IMG/VR virus record: IMGVR_UViG_3300025016_000004
DNA length: 64,000 nucleotides
Reading direction: 5' to 3' (one strand)
From: a virus
Lineage: Duplodnaviria; Caudoviricetes
In this document: positions 10,186 to 19,708 of the stretch, in pieces
How positions within the stretch are numbered: the first letter of the stretch is position 1
How the letters are laid out: each line of letters opens with the position of its first letter
The notes under the pieces: generated by a model
Told to the model about the DNA's origin: nothing
Database searches by the model: none
The model's input: the letters and a program-made list of their open reading frames with translations, nothing else
Program-made: the position numbers and the translations under genes

Positions 10186-11469
10186 ATGATTACTAAAGAA
10201 AATGGTTTAAGGTATGCAAAATTAGTCCATGTATCAGTTGATAATGGGTTAACATCTCAAAGTAATAAGGTGTATATAATGGAAGAACAACCTGATGGTA
10301 GAATCAAATGTGATTATGGTCGAGTTGGTAAAGATTTAGTGACTGTCTACAAGCGGTCACACGAATGGAATAAAGTTCTTCAAAGTAAAACAAACCCTAG
10401 AAAGGGTTATCAAGATGTTACAGACCTTATTGCTGAAACCACAACAACCTCTTCAAATAGTACATCATCAAAAACAGCTGATATTAAAGATAATCAAGTA
10501 AAACAATTATTTGATGATTTAATGGCTTATGCAAATAAATCAATCCAAAGAAACTATAAGGTTACACAAGATGCTGTAACTCAAGCACAAATTGATGCCG
10601 CTCAAGAAGTTTTAACAAAAGCTTCAGGATTGGCTAAAGTTGGTGTTAATGTTAAAGAAATCAACGACTTATTAATAAGACTGTACACCATCATTCCAAG
10701 AAAAATGAAAGATGTTCGTGATTATTTGATTGATGCTGCGGATGATAAAGATGATTTAGATAAGATAAAAAACTTCTTAGCTAACGAACAAGATACATTA
10801 GATACAATGGCTGGTCAGGTAAAACTTATTAGTCAACAAAAGGGTTCAACCATTGATGATGATTTAGATGGTGATGGGGAAATTACCTTATTAGAACAAA
10901 TGGGGTTAGAGGTGTCTGTTGAAACTGACCCTAAACAATTAGAATTGATAGATAGATTGGTTGGACCAACTAAAGATAGACTTAAAAAGGTTTATAAATG
11001 TGTTAATAAGAAAACACAAGCTGTATTCGATAAACATTACGGTAATGCTAGATTTAAAGACAGAAAATTATTCTGGCATGGGTCTAGAAATGAAAATATT
11101 TTTAATATAATCCAATCAGGATTATTAATTAGACCTTCAGGTGCAGTTCATACGGGGTCAATGTTTGGTGATGGAATATATTATGCTAATAAGGCTCAAA
11201 AATCATTAGGTTATACTTCAGTAAGAGGTTCTTATTGGGTAAATGGTAGTTCTAATAAGGGTTATTTATTGTTATATGATGTTTATCATGGAAAACAAAA
11301 AGATATTTATAAACATGATTCTAGTTGTTACTCATTATCTCAAAAAGTAATGGATGATGAAGGTTATGATTCAGTTTATGCACATGGTGGAGCGGATTTA
11401 AGAAATGATGAATTCATTATTTATAACCCAAAACAGTGCACTATTAAATATATAATTGAGATAGTCTAA
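10186..11469 (+). CDS. PARP-like ADP-ribosyltransferase (WGR-like, regulatory and catalytic domains)
   Basis: FWHGSR, GSMFGDGIYYAN..KSLGY, NDEFIIYN (H-Y-E triad). Confidence 0.92.
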   Translation: MITKENGLRYAKLVHVSVDNGLTSQSNKVYIMEEQPDGRIKCDYGRVGKDLVTVYKRSHEWNKVLQSKTNPRKGYQDVTDLIAETTTTSSNSTSSKTADIKDNQVKQLFDDLMAYANKSIQRNYKVTQDAVTQAQIDAAQEVLTKASGLAKVGVNVKEINDLLIRLYTIIPRKMKDVRDYLIDAADDKDDLDKIKNFLANEQDTLDTMAGQVKLISQQKGSTIDDDLDGDGEITLLEQMGLEVSVETDPKQLELIDRLVGPTKDRLKKVYKCVNKKTQAVFDKHYGNARFKDRKLFWHGSRNENIFNIIQSGLLIRPSGAVHTGSMFGDGIYYANKAQKSLGYTSVRGSYWVNGSSNKGYLLLYDVYHGKQKDIYKHDSSCYSLSQKVMDDEGYDSVYAHGGADLRNDEFIIYNPKQCTIKYIIEIV

Positions 11470-11494
11470 ATTATTTTACGCTCCTTTTTATAAA

Positions 11495-11940
11495 AATTTT
11501 AATAGAGATGTTAAGAATGTTTATTCTATTGATAAAATTATCAAAAAATATATCCCCAAAGAAGAAGAAAATGAAATAAAATTTAAGATAAAATCAAATA
11601 ATAGTAAAAATAGGCGTGAGACTGAAGAAAGTAAAATTAATCGCTCTAAAGGTCAGGTAGGTAAAACACTTTCTGAAGAAACTAAAGAAAAAATAAGGTT
11701 AAGTAAATTAGGTAGTAAACATACAATTGATTCTAAAAATAAAGTAAAAAAAAATAATAAACGAACTATTAAATTTAGTAGGATAGAAATAAAATTTATT
11801 TTAAAATCAATTAAAAATAAAAATAGTAAGAGAAATACAATATCTATTTTAAACGATAAATTTGGTTATAATATAAATTTATCTAGTACTAGTGTTATTG
11901 ATAGAGTAATTAAAGATTTTACTAAAAAATTTGGTAGTTA
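11495..11940 (+). pseudogene. 5'-truncated NUMOD3 homing endonuclease remnant
   Basis: Open frame GKTLSEETKEKIRLSKLGSKHT with no start codon; IS left-end remnant TTTTACGCTCC just upstream. Confidence 0.6.
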
Positions 11941-11977
11941 ATTTTATTTTACGTATCTTTGTAGAAAATATAATAAA

Positions 11978-12244
11978 ATGAAAAGAGAATTATCGGATTT
12001 AGAAAGAAATGAAATCGATATCAATGTAGTTGGTTATTCAGCTACAGGTAAAAGCACAATTCAATATTTAATTTAATAAGTTTTAAAAGACTATGGTTTT
12101 AATGTTGTAGTTCGTAGTAATGACCATGAATGGATTATATCCCAACCATATAGGGAATTAGAAAAAAGGATGGATATTGTAATAAAAAGTAATAGAGTTA
12201 TTAATATCAACGAAGTACAAGCCGTTAAAAATATTAAACAATAA
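11978..12244 (+). pseudogene. Small P-loop-like gene interrupted by in-frame TAA TAA at 12074-12079
   Basis: GYSATGKST, and the frame continues to a stop abutting the next gene. Confidence 0.55.
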
Positions 12245-12456
12245 TGGATGGATTAAGTGATTGTGTAGAAATTAAAGAACCAGTAACTGTTGGTCAAGAA
12301 TTTATTGAATGGGCTGAGAAGTATTGGTTATTAGATAAATTAACAAAAATCGACACTCCTGATAATTTTGCTGGTGAGGTTTGTGATTATCAGTATATGC
12401 GTAAAATTTTCATTGAAAAAATAAATGGTATTATCAATACTAGATTAAGAAATTAA
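12244..12456 (+). CDS. Hypothetical protein
   Basis: ORF coupled to the upstream frame end. Confidence 0.6.
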   Translation: MDGLSDCVEIKEPVTVGQEFIEWAEKYWLLDKLTKIDTPDNFAGEVCDYQYMRKIFIEKINGIINTRLRN

Positions 12457-12476
12457 TAATTTAAAACTTAGAAATC

Positions 12477-13484
12477 ATAGGAGGTAGAGCACTTAAAAAC
12501 ACCTTTACAAGAAGGTACGAAAGACAAGAATTTGAAGATATCAAGAATGAAATTTTTGATGTTCTTTCAAAAACATTCTTAAGATACGACATACCACGAT
12601 TCTTCGCTAAGAAAGAAACGTTTGGTGATATCGATATCATTATATCAATGGATGGTTTTTATGGTAACATGAATGACTATATTGATGCAACATTTAAACC
12701 AAATGAAATTTTTCATAATGGTAACGCATGGTCATTTGACTATAAGGAGCTTCAAGTGGATTTCATTACATGTGCCGATGAGGATTATGATTCTAATTAT
12801 CACTACTTAGCGTTTAACGATTTAGGAAATTTTCTGGGAAGATTAGCCCAATCAATTGGATTTAAAAGTGGTCAAGAAGGGTTATGGTATAATTATTTTA
12901 GTGATGCTAATACCAAAACTAAAATTATGGTATCAAAAGACTACCCTAAGATTTTTCAATTTTTAGGTTTAGATTACCAAAAATGGTTAGATGGGTTTGA
13001 CACGCTTGAAGATATATTTGAATATACAATGACATCATCATTATTCAACCCTGAAATGTTTCAATTAAGTCAATTAAATAAGATTAACCGTGAGAGAAAT
13101 CTTAAACGAGCATCTTATATGGCTTTCTTAGATTACATTGAAGATAAACCAGCACATCCTGAGTATAATGAGAATGTGGTTAAATATGCTAAGAATAATA
13201 TTATTGAGGTTATTAGAAGTTGGTTTCCAGAGGCTAATATTGATATAAGATTAGCTGAAATTGAATATAAAGCTGCCAAGAAAAAGCTGGTTAATATGAA
13301 GTTCAACGGTAAAACCGTAATGGAGAGATATGGTCTTCAAGGTAAAGAATTAGGTGAAGCTATATATACTTTTAAAGATTATGTATGTACTGTGTATTAT
13401 GGTAATGATTTTGATGATATTATAGTTGATAGTGATGTAGAATATATCTATGCTTTATTCGAACAAGCCAACAATATTAAATAA
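12477..13484 (+). CDS. PolX/Pol beta-like nucleotidyltransferase, probable non-ATG (ATA) start
   Basis: Frame is open upstream of ATG 12648 through IGGRALK..FGDIDII (catalytic DxD). Confidence 0.7.
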   Translation: MGGRALKNTFTRRYERQEFEDIKNEIFDVLSKTFLRYDIPRFFAKKETFGDIDIIISMDGFYGNMNDYIDATFKPNEIFHNGNAWSFDYKELQVDFITCADEDYDSNYHYLAFNDLGNFLGRLAQSIGFKSGQEGLWYNYFSDANTKTKIMVSKDYPKIFQFLGLDYQKWLDGFDTLEDIFEYTMTSSLFNPEMFQLSQLNKINRERNLKRASYMAFLDYIEDKPAHPEYNENVVKYAKNNIIEVIRSWFPEANIDIRLAEIEYKAAKKKLVNMKFNGKTVMERYGLQGKELGEAIYTFKDYVCTVYYGNDFDDIIVDSDVEYIYALFEQANNIK

Positions 13485-13785
13485 AAGGATTGCCTGATTG
13501 CTCCAAAAACTCGAAATTGTTATGTAAAGATTGACATTCAGAAATAAAATTCTGGATGTCTTTTTTTTCTAATACAAACCATTCACCCTTCAATCGCTTG
13601 GTTCCATAACGCTTATGCAACGCACCTTCAATTTTATTATTGTATTTAGATTCAAATTCAGCCACAACATCAATCACATCACCATTTCCTGTCTGCAAAT
13701 TCTTGATTCTCTTTTTACCGTTATATTTGGTAATACCAATCTTATATTGGTCATTGTTGTTCGTTAATAAATAAATTACTCCCAT
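13477..13785 (-). CDS. GIY-YIG family (T5orf172/Mug113-like) nuclease
   Basis: GVIYLL..YKIGIT..RIKNLQTGN..E..LH..GEWF. Confidence 0.85.
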   Translation of the reverse strand: MGVIYLLTNNNDQYKIGITKYNGKKRIKNLQTGNGDVIDVVAEFESKYNNKIEGALHKRYGTKRLKGEWFVLEKKDIQNFISECQSLHNNFEFLEQSGNPFI

Positions 13786-13873
13786 ATTTTAATTTTATGG
13801 AAATATGGAAAAAATAATCCATTAAGTAAAGGTAAAACTTTGATTTATCATTAATTTTTAGTATATTTGTACT

Positions 13874-14305
13874 ATGAATAGAATGTTTGCTACATTTGAT
13901 AGATTCATCAACTATCAAACCGTAAGTCGGAGATTGGTTTTTAATAATTTAGTTAATGAATTGGGTGAAAAAATCGATGGTGAAGTTTATATTGATAACC
14001 AAATGGTTATTGCATATATGAAGTTGAAATTTGGTGATAGGTACTTCATTAAATTTGGCGATATCCAAGATGGGGTTCTGATTAATATTAGTGAAACCAA
14101 ACATATTAATAAAAAGGTTAAATGCGACATTTTCAGACGTTTTAAGGACGAAATGCATTTTATTGGTGGCAAACATCAAGGAAAGAAAGATAGTGACTTA
14201 GATGAAGCTGAATTGAGTAATTATTGCATCTGGTTGGCCAGACAGTCATATAACGAAGCAACAATAAAGAATTGTTTAATAATATTAAAAAAATTACATG
14301 GATAA
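13874..14305 (+). CDS. Hypothetical protein
   Basis: ORF directly after TATATTTG. Confidence 0.65.
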   Translation: MNRMFATFDRFINYQTVSRRLVFNNLVNELGEKIDGEVYIDNQMVIAYMKLKFGDRYFIKFGDIQDGVLINISETKHINKKVKCDIFRRFKDEMHFIGGKHQGKKDSDLDEAELSNYCIWLARQSYNEATIKNCLIILKKLHG

Positions 14306-14522
14306 GCATTTAAAAGAGTATTTAGACGAAAAATTAGACCTAGAGGAAAGATTAAGAATGTTAAATGTTATTATAGAAGGCATTCAAGATAGATGTAATT
14401 ATGACCAACATAAGGATAAGGATGGTAATGGTTATATGACACTCCAATTTAATACAGATGATAGGCGTTTTATAAAATGGAGCGTAAAACCCATCCATCG
14501 CTTTTGCGTGGATGGGATGTAA
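14298..14522 (+). CDS. Hypothetical protein, 3' end replaced by IS left-end sequence
   Basis: Frame runs into GGAGCGTAAAACCC hairpin. Confidence 0.5.
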   Translation: MDKHLKEYLDEKLDLEERLRMLNVIIEGIQDRCNYDQHKDKDGNGYMTLQFNTDDRRFIKWSVKPIHRFCVDGM

Positions 14523-14530
14523 GCGACAAA
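14474..14530 (+). mobile_element. IS200/IS605 left-end remnant
   Basis: TTTAT|AAAATGGAGCGTAAAACCCATCCA..TGGATGGGATGTAAGCGAC. Confidence 0.8.
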
Positions 14531-14650
14531 GGCTAACCTTGGAACAACAATATGGTATGAAAAAGGTTGATGACGCTTTCTTGTATGACCAAGCATGTAA
14601 TTCTGTAGGTTCCAGTTGGGAATGCAGAGATTGTATAATAAAATAAAGTT

Positions 14651-15532
14651 ATGAAAGGAATTATATTAGCTGGCGGTGCTGGAACAAGGTTGCACCCACT
14701 CACAATTAGCGTTAGTAAACAACTAATGCCAATATACGATAAACCAATGATTTATTACCCATTATCAACGCTTATGTTGGCTGGAATTAATGAAATACTT
14801 ATAATTACAACCCCAGAGGACCAACACTTATTTAAAAAATTATTGGGTGATGGAACTCATTTAGGTTGTAGATTTGAGTATGCTGTTCAAGAACAGCCCA
14901 ATGGGTTAGCTGAAGCATTTATTATAGGTGAAGAATTTATTGGAAGTGATAGTGTAGCATTGATATTAGGTGATAATATATTTTATAGTGGTGGTTTATC
15001 TAAAATTTTACAGCAATGCGTTGAAGATATTGATACTGGTTTTGAAGCTGGAATTATTTTTGGGTACCACGTAAAAGACCCTGAAAGATTTGGTGTTGTG
15101 GAATTTGATTCTGAAGGTAGCGTAATATCAATTGAAGAAAAACCTGAAACCCCTAAATCTGGATATGCAATACCAGGTTTATATTTTTACCCTAATAGTG
15201 TGATTAATATAGCTAAAACTATACAACCTAGTGATAGAGGTGAATTAGAAATATCTTCAATTAATCAAGTATACTTAGAAAATAATTCTTTAGCCGTTGT
15301 TAAATTAAATAGAGGTACTGCTTGGTTAGATACTGGGACATTTGATTCATTGAATGAAGCTAGTGATTTTGTCAAAGCAACCCAAAATCTTCAAAACCTT
15401 AAAATAGGTTGTATTGAAGAAGTTGCTTGGAGAATGCGATATATTGATTCACAACAACTCGTTGAACTGTCACATTCGTTGGGTAAAAGTGGATACGGTC
15501 AATATTTAACAGATATTATCAAAGAATATTGA
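14651..15532 (+). CDS. rfbA: Glucose-1-phosphate thymidylyltransferase
   Basis: [40 protein letters not shown]. Confidence 0.97.
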   Translation: MKGIILAGGAGTRLHPLTISVSKQLMPIYDKPMIYYPLSTLMLAGINEILIITTPEDQHLFKKLLGDGTHLGCRFEYAVQEQPNGLAEAFIIGEEFIGSDSVALILGDNIFYSGGLSKILQQCVEDIDTGFEAGIIFGYHVKDPERFGVVEFDSEGSVISIEEKPETPKSGYAIPGLYFYPNSVINIAKTIQPSDRGELEISSINQVYLENNSLAVVKLNRGTAWLDTGTFDSLNEASDFVKATQNLQNLKIGCIEEVAWRMRYIDSQQLVELSHSLGKSGYGQYLTDIIKEY

Positions 15533-15584
15533 TATTTATTTGTGTAAGACTTAATAAATTCATATATTTGTACTATAAAAATTA

Positions 15585-16166
15585 ATGATGGAAGACGAGC
15601 AATTTGAGAAAGCTAAAAGATTTTTAAATGAGAAAAAAATTCCCATATCTGAGGAAATTTTAAACTTATTTTTTAATGGTATTGAAAATGTGACAATAAT
15701 CACTGAGGAAGACCTTAAAACAATTGATTTTAAAACTCTAGGTGATGCTGATGATATTAAAACAATATCAGGTACTGAGTGGGTAGCTTCTAGATTAATC
15801 TGGAATACCCTTGATGGACCAATATGTAGCGTTAATTTAATTAAAATAGGCCAATTTAACCTTAAAAACCCCTTTGATATTATGAATGGATTATATTCCA
15901 ATAAACCAAATTACCCATACGGTAAAGAAAATGTTATAGATATTGATTACGAAGATATATTACCTTTACCATTTACAGAACAGTTAGCACTTGCAATAGA
16001 AGTTGAAGATTTTGAAGAAGCGGCAAGATTGAGAGACTGGGATACTGGTCTTAAAAATTTATTATTAAAATTAAAACCCCTAATACTAGACGCACTTAAA
16101 AAAGAAGATGTTACAAAATTAGACGATTATTTAACTCAAATTAGGGATTACCGAAAAACATTATAA
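15585..16166 (+). CDS. Hypothetical protein with UVR-like motif
   Basis: LALAIEVEDFEEAARLRD. Confidence 0.6.
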   Translation: MMEDEQFEKAKRFLNEKKIPISEEILNLFFNGIENVTIITEEDLKTIDFKTLGDADDIKTISGTEWVASRLIWNTLDGPICSVNLIKIGQFNLKNPFDIMNGLYSNKPNYPYGKENVIDIDYEDILPLPFTEQLALAIEVEDFEEAARLRDWDTGLKNLLLKLKPLILDALKKEDVTKLDDYLTQIRDYRKTL

Positions 16167-16525
16167 TGAAAGTTAGTTTTGATTTTGATAGTACGCTATC
16201 AACACCTTTAATTCAAAGGTTGGCTAAACGTCATATTAAATATGGTGACGAAGTTCATATTACCACCACTAGGCAACATGAAGATGATAGTCTAGGGTTT
16301 ACAAATGAGTATTTATATAAAGTGGCCAATAGATTAGGGATTAAAAAAGAAAATATACACTTTACCAAATTTCAAGATAAAGTTCATTTTCTTAAAACAT
16401 TCGATATGCATTATGATGATGATGAGCATGAAATCGATTTAATCACAAGGTCAGACCTACCATGCTTAGGTATTCTTATAAATTATAAGAATTATTACCT
16501 TGATAATGAGGAAGTTAAAAAATAA
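16166..16525 (+). CDS. HAD-superfamily phosphatase-like protein
   Basis: SFDFDSTL motif I, HYDDD motif IV. Confidence 0.75.
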   Translation: MKVSFDFDSTLSTPLIQRLAKRHIKYGDEVHITTTRQHEDDSLGFTNEYLYKVANRLGIKKENIHFTKFQDKVHFLKTFDMHYDDDEHEIDLITRSDLPCLGILINYKNYYLDNEEVKK

Positions 16526-16666
16526 TTTAAAAAAAAGTATAAAAAAACTTGTTTTTTATTTAAACAATTACTATATTTGCACATATATATTAACAAGAGA
16601 TAGGATAATACATCTGGACAAACCCAAATGGGAAAGGATTGAATCTGAACAGTCTCTTAAATAAAA

Positions 16667-16750
16667 ATGAAAATGAAAACTTTAGTAACTTTATTATCTT
16701 TATGTCTGTTGGTCGTGTGTACTGACACATCGAGTTATGTAATTACTTAA
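16667..16750 (+). promoter_or_regulatory. Leader peptide A (MKMKTLVTLLSLCLLVVCTDTSSYVIT) of tRNA-operon attenuator
   Basis: Leu/Val/Cys-rich uORF between promoter (16572) and terminator; CATCGAG in the uORF is complementary to the terminator 5' arm. Confidence 0.85.
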
Positions 16751-16782
16751 AGGATTTATTTATATATTTTTTAAATTGTTAT

Positions 16783-16814
16783 AAAAGCTCGATGTTAACG
16801 CATCGAGCTTTTTT
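16783..16814 (+). terminator. Attenuator terminator A
   Basis: AAAAGCTCGATG-TTAACG-CATCGAGCTTTTTT, 2 nt before tRNA-Cys. Confidence 0.9.
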
Positions 16815-16816
16815 AT

Positions 16817-16901
16817 GCACTAGTGCTCCGAGTGGTCGAAGGGGGTGGTCTGCAAAACCGCCAGAGAAATCTCAACGTTGGTTCGAATCCAACCTAGTGC
16901 T
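16817..16901 (+). tRNA. tRNA-Cys(GCA), extended variable arm
   Basis: GCACTAG/CTAGTGC acceptor, loop CTGCAAA, U73. Confidence 0.9.
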
Positions 16902-16913
16902 CAAAATAAAAAT

Positions 16914-16999
16914 GCGGCCATAGTTCAGTAGGTCAAGAGCACCACCCTTACAAGGTGGGGGCGAATAGTATAACGGGGGTTCGAATCCCTCTGGCCGCA
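16914..16999 (+). tRNA. tRNA-Val(TAC), extended variable region
   Basis: GCGGCCA/TGGCCGC, loop CTTACAA, TTCGAAT. Confidence 0.88.
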
Positions 17000-17051
17000 C
17001 AACAATTGTGAGGCCATCTGTTATGTTGCAACATAAAATGATGGTCTGAAT

Positions 17052-17198
17052 ATCTAAATGAGCGTATGGTGAAATTGGTAGCCACGGGGACCTAACCGTC
17101 TTAATGACTAGCCGCAGACTTGCCATCTGGGTTGAAGGGTGAACCCTCTGTTATAGGCATATACGTATAGGTTCGAATCCTATTGCAGTTATTTAGAT
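17052..17198 (+). ncRNA. tRNA-like RNA with expanded central domain
   Basis: Leu-type D arm and T arm (ATAGG-TTCGAAT-CCTAT) flank ~85 nt of hairpins; closing ATCTAAAT/ATTTAGAT. Confidence 0.5.
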
Positions 17199-17204
17199 GA
17201 TAAT

Positions 17205-17290
17205 GGGGATGTGGTGGAATTGGTAGACACGCTGGTTTTAAGCATCAGTGCCTCGAAAGGGGCGTGTGGGTTCGACTCCCACCATCCCCA
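17205..17290 (+). tRNA. tRNA-Leu(TAA)
   Basis: GGGGATG/CATCCCC, loop TTTAAGC, long variable arm. Confidence 0.93.
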
Positions 17291-17295
17291 CAATT

Positions 17296-17369
17296 GGCCC
17301 CATAGCTCAGTGGTTTAGAGCGTCTCTTTTACACGGAGAAGGTCTTAGGTTCGATTCCTAATGGGGCTA
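17296..17369 (+). tRNA. tRNA-Val(TAC)
   Basis: GGCCCCA/TGGGGCT, loop TTTACAC. Confidence 0.92.
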
Positions 17370-17533
17370 CATGAAAAATTGGAATAAAATAATAGCACCA
17401 AAAGTTGAAATGTCTATGAATGAATTGGTTAAAACAAAGTCATCAAATATAGAAGGTTATTTTGAAATAATAGAAAAATTAACATGTAGTAAAATAATAA
17501 AAAACGATAATAATATATCAATTTTTATGTAAG

Positions 17534-17610
17534 CACCCCCATGGTGCACGTTGGAATGCACAACAGGTTTAAGCCCTGTCGTTTCGTGGGTTCGATTCCC
17601 ACTGGGGTAC
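17534..17610 (+). tRNA. Atypical tRNA-Leu(TAA) with short variable loop and imperfect acceptor
   Basis: ACAGG-TTTAAGC-CCTGT; GTGGG-TTCGATT-CCCAC. Confidence 0.6.
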
Positions 17611-17622
17611 AAAATTAAAATT

Positions 17623-17823
17623 ATGGAAATTAGAATAACAAAAACTCCGTATTCAATATTTAAAGATGTTCCAAAAATTAACTATTTTTGGGTATATAGA
17701 AAATATAAATATGTGAAAGGGTTTCGTTTTAGGTTTTTTGGTTATAATTTTAACGTAACTGAAAATTTTGCAACATATAAATTAATCAATAAGTTTAAAA
17801 ACAATGAAAACGCATACAATTGA
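17623..17823 (+). CDS. Hypothetical protein
   Basis: ATG downstream of the tRNA; upstream part of the listed ORF overlaps the tRNA. Confidence 0.55.
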   Translation: MEIRITKTPYSIFKDVPKINYFWVYRKYKYVKGFRFRFFGYNFNVTENFATYKLINKFKNNENAYN

Positions 17824-17950
17824 AGTTTCGGAAGTTGACATGAAAGGTTCTAAATATGAAATTAGTGAATGGCATAAACGAGTTGATGTTGTTAGGTGGG
17901 AACATGACTATGAAGATAAAATATATAGAATTACAATTAGAATAAAATAA

Positions 17951-18228
17951 CCCTCTATGCTGTACGTTGGAATTCAGCGTGGCTTTTATTATTATTAAAC
18001 TGCCCTTATGAGCAAAATGGCAAAGCTTGCTGGTTTAGACCCAGTGGAAAACATAAGAAACGTTCTCAGTTCGACTCTGAGTAAGGGTACAATCCGAAGT
18101 ATTAATTTTAAAGTAAAAATAATTTAATTTTTCCTAACTGTTACGGATAACGCAATTAGAAAATGGATTAAAAGTTCTTTAAGTAAGTAGACCCCACGAT
18201 TTCGTCAGTTCGATTCTGACTAGAGGGA
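17951..18228 (+). pseudogene. Split tRNA-Leu(TAG): 5' half 17951-17985, 3' half 18188-18228
   Basis: CCCTCTA/TAGAGGG acceptor and GTGG/CCAC anticodon stem reunite across a ~200-nt insert. Confidence 0.75.
18002..18089 (+). tRNA. tRNA-Leu(TAG)
   Basis: GCCCTTA/TAAGGGT, loop TTTAGAC, long variable arm. Confidence 0.88.
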
Positions 18229-18261
18229 CTTTGGAACTTTTGTACCTTTCTACATATTTAT

Positions 18262-18308
18262 ATTTTGGAGCGTAAAACCCATTGGTCTTTAGCTAATGGG
18301 TAGTTCAC
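18262..18308 (+). mobile_element. 47-bp minimal IS605-derived element
   Basis: TTTAT|ATTTTGGAGCGTAAAACCCATT..AATGGGTAGTTCAC: left and right ends share one hairpin. Confidence 0.75.
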
Positions 18309-18578
18309 TGAAAATCTACACGCAATGGCCAAAGATTTAAACATCAAACGATGTTGATTCCATAAGAATCACTATGATATACCAAAAAAACGTATTGAAG
18401 AAATTACCAAATAATGCACATTGGTATCCCCTAGAGATATTCATAAAATAATACATAATCTATAATACTGGTATTTAGTCGAATAAGTTTTGTAGCTAAA
18501 ATAATAACAATTATTTTAGCTAAACTATTGATTAATACTATTTATTGAATATATTAGGTATATAAAATAATTAATATT

Positions 18579-18773
18579 ATGACACAAACAGAAAAAGCTG
18601 AAAGATTTGAAAGCTTAACAAGAGAAAGTGATGTTATCCAAAGGGAGATATCAAAATTACAATCAGCAAATGCTGGTATTAACACAACATCCGAAGAATA
18701 CGATAATAAACTTAATCATTTAAGACATAGGTTATCAATTTTAGAACAAGAGATGGTAAAATTATTTATATGA
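18579..18773 (+). CDS. Hypothetical coiled-coil protein
   Basis: ORF track. Confidence 0.65.
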   Translation: MTQTEKAERFESLTRESDVIQREISKLQSANAGINTTSEEYDNKLNHLRHRLSILEQEMVKLFI

Positions 18774-19084
18774 ATCTAAATGAAAATTTAAACGAAGAAT
18801 TAGTTGAAGCATTAAAAAATATCTACCCAATTAGAGAAAATCTAAGGAAGGAGTTGTTAAAAACTTATGATGAAGAATTATTAGATAAATTAAATGCTTT
18901 GAATAAAATGATTGAGAATGCTGAAATTTTAATCAACAAATCTCAAGATGTTAAAAAGTTTTATGCTGAACAATACCCTGATTATGTCGATGAAAACAAT
19001 CATATCAACGAAATAGGTATAAATAGAATAAGCATTTTGAAAAAAAAATGGAAAAAATTAGGCTATCTAAAAAAGAATTCATAA
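18770..19084 (+). CDS. Hypothetical protein
   Basis: ATGA overlap with the upstream gene. Confidence 0.65.
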   Translation: MNLNENLNEELVEALKNIYPIRENLRKELLKTYDEELLDKLNALNKMIENAEILINKSQDVKKFYAEQYPDYVDENNHINEIGINRISILKKKWKKLGYLKKNS

Positions 19085-19110
19085 ATTAGCCGAATTAAAA
19101 TTAGAAAAAC

Positions 19111-19560
19111 ATGAAAAAAACAGCCCTACTTGTATTATTAATGTTGACATTAACCTTTAGTTTTGGACAAACCAATGGGTCAGTAATTATGAACGATTCA
19201 CTTATTGTTCAATATCTTGAGGAATTCGTTGACGAAGCCGCCCAAAATGGCTACGATATTCAAGAACAATTATTAAGTAAAGTTAGTTATATACTAATAG
19301 CAAAAGAGGATAAGCAAATTGAAGGTTTATCTGAAATTGATTTGAATAACAAATTAATCTTATTGGACCCCAAAGTTCGTTTAGATAGATTAATATTAAA
19401 AGCAAGGCTATATAGAGAGTTATGTCACGCTTTAGGTGTACCATATGACACTGGTAGTGTTATGATGGATAGGGTTAAAGAAAAAGGTTTTTCTTATGTG
19501 GCATTTGATGATTCTGAAATACTTAGCATTGAATTAGGTAAAGTTCTGAAATTAATTTAA
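19111..19560 (+). CDS. Secreted protein with degenerate zincin-like motif
   Basis: Signal peptide MKKTALLVLL..; RELCHALG in place of HExxH. Confidence 0.6.
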   Translation: MKKTALLVLLMLTLTFSFGQTNGSVIMNDSLIVQYLEEFVDEAAQNGYDIQEQLLSKVSYILIAKEDKQIEGLSEIDLNNKLILLDPKVRLDRLILKARLYRELCHALGVPYDTGSVMMDRVKEKGFSYVAFDDSEILSIELGKVLKLI

Positions 19561-19708
19561 AAAATCAAGGTTTTAATTAATTGAAAATCAAATAATTTAA
19601 AAATAATTTAAAAATAATTGCAAAAAAATTTGTTTTATATTGAAACATTTACTATATTTGCACTATATATTAATAACGGTATTAATAAAGTACCACAAAA
19701 TAAAAGTA

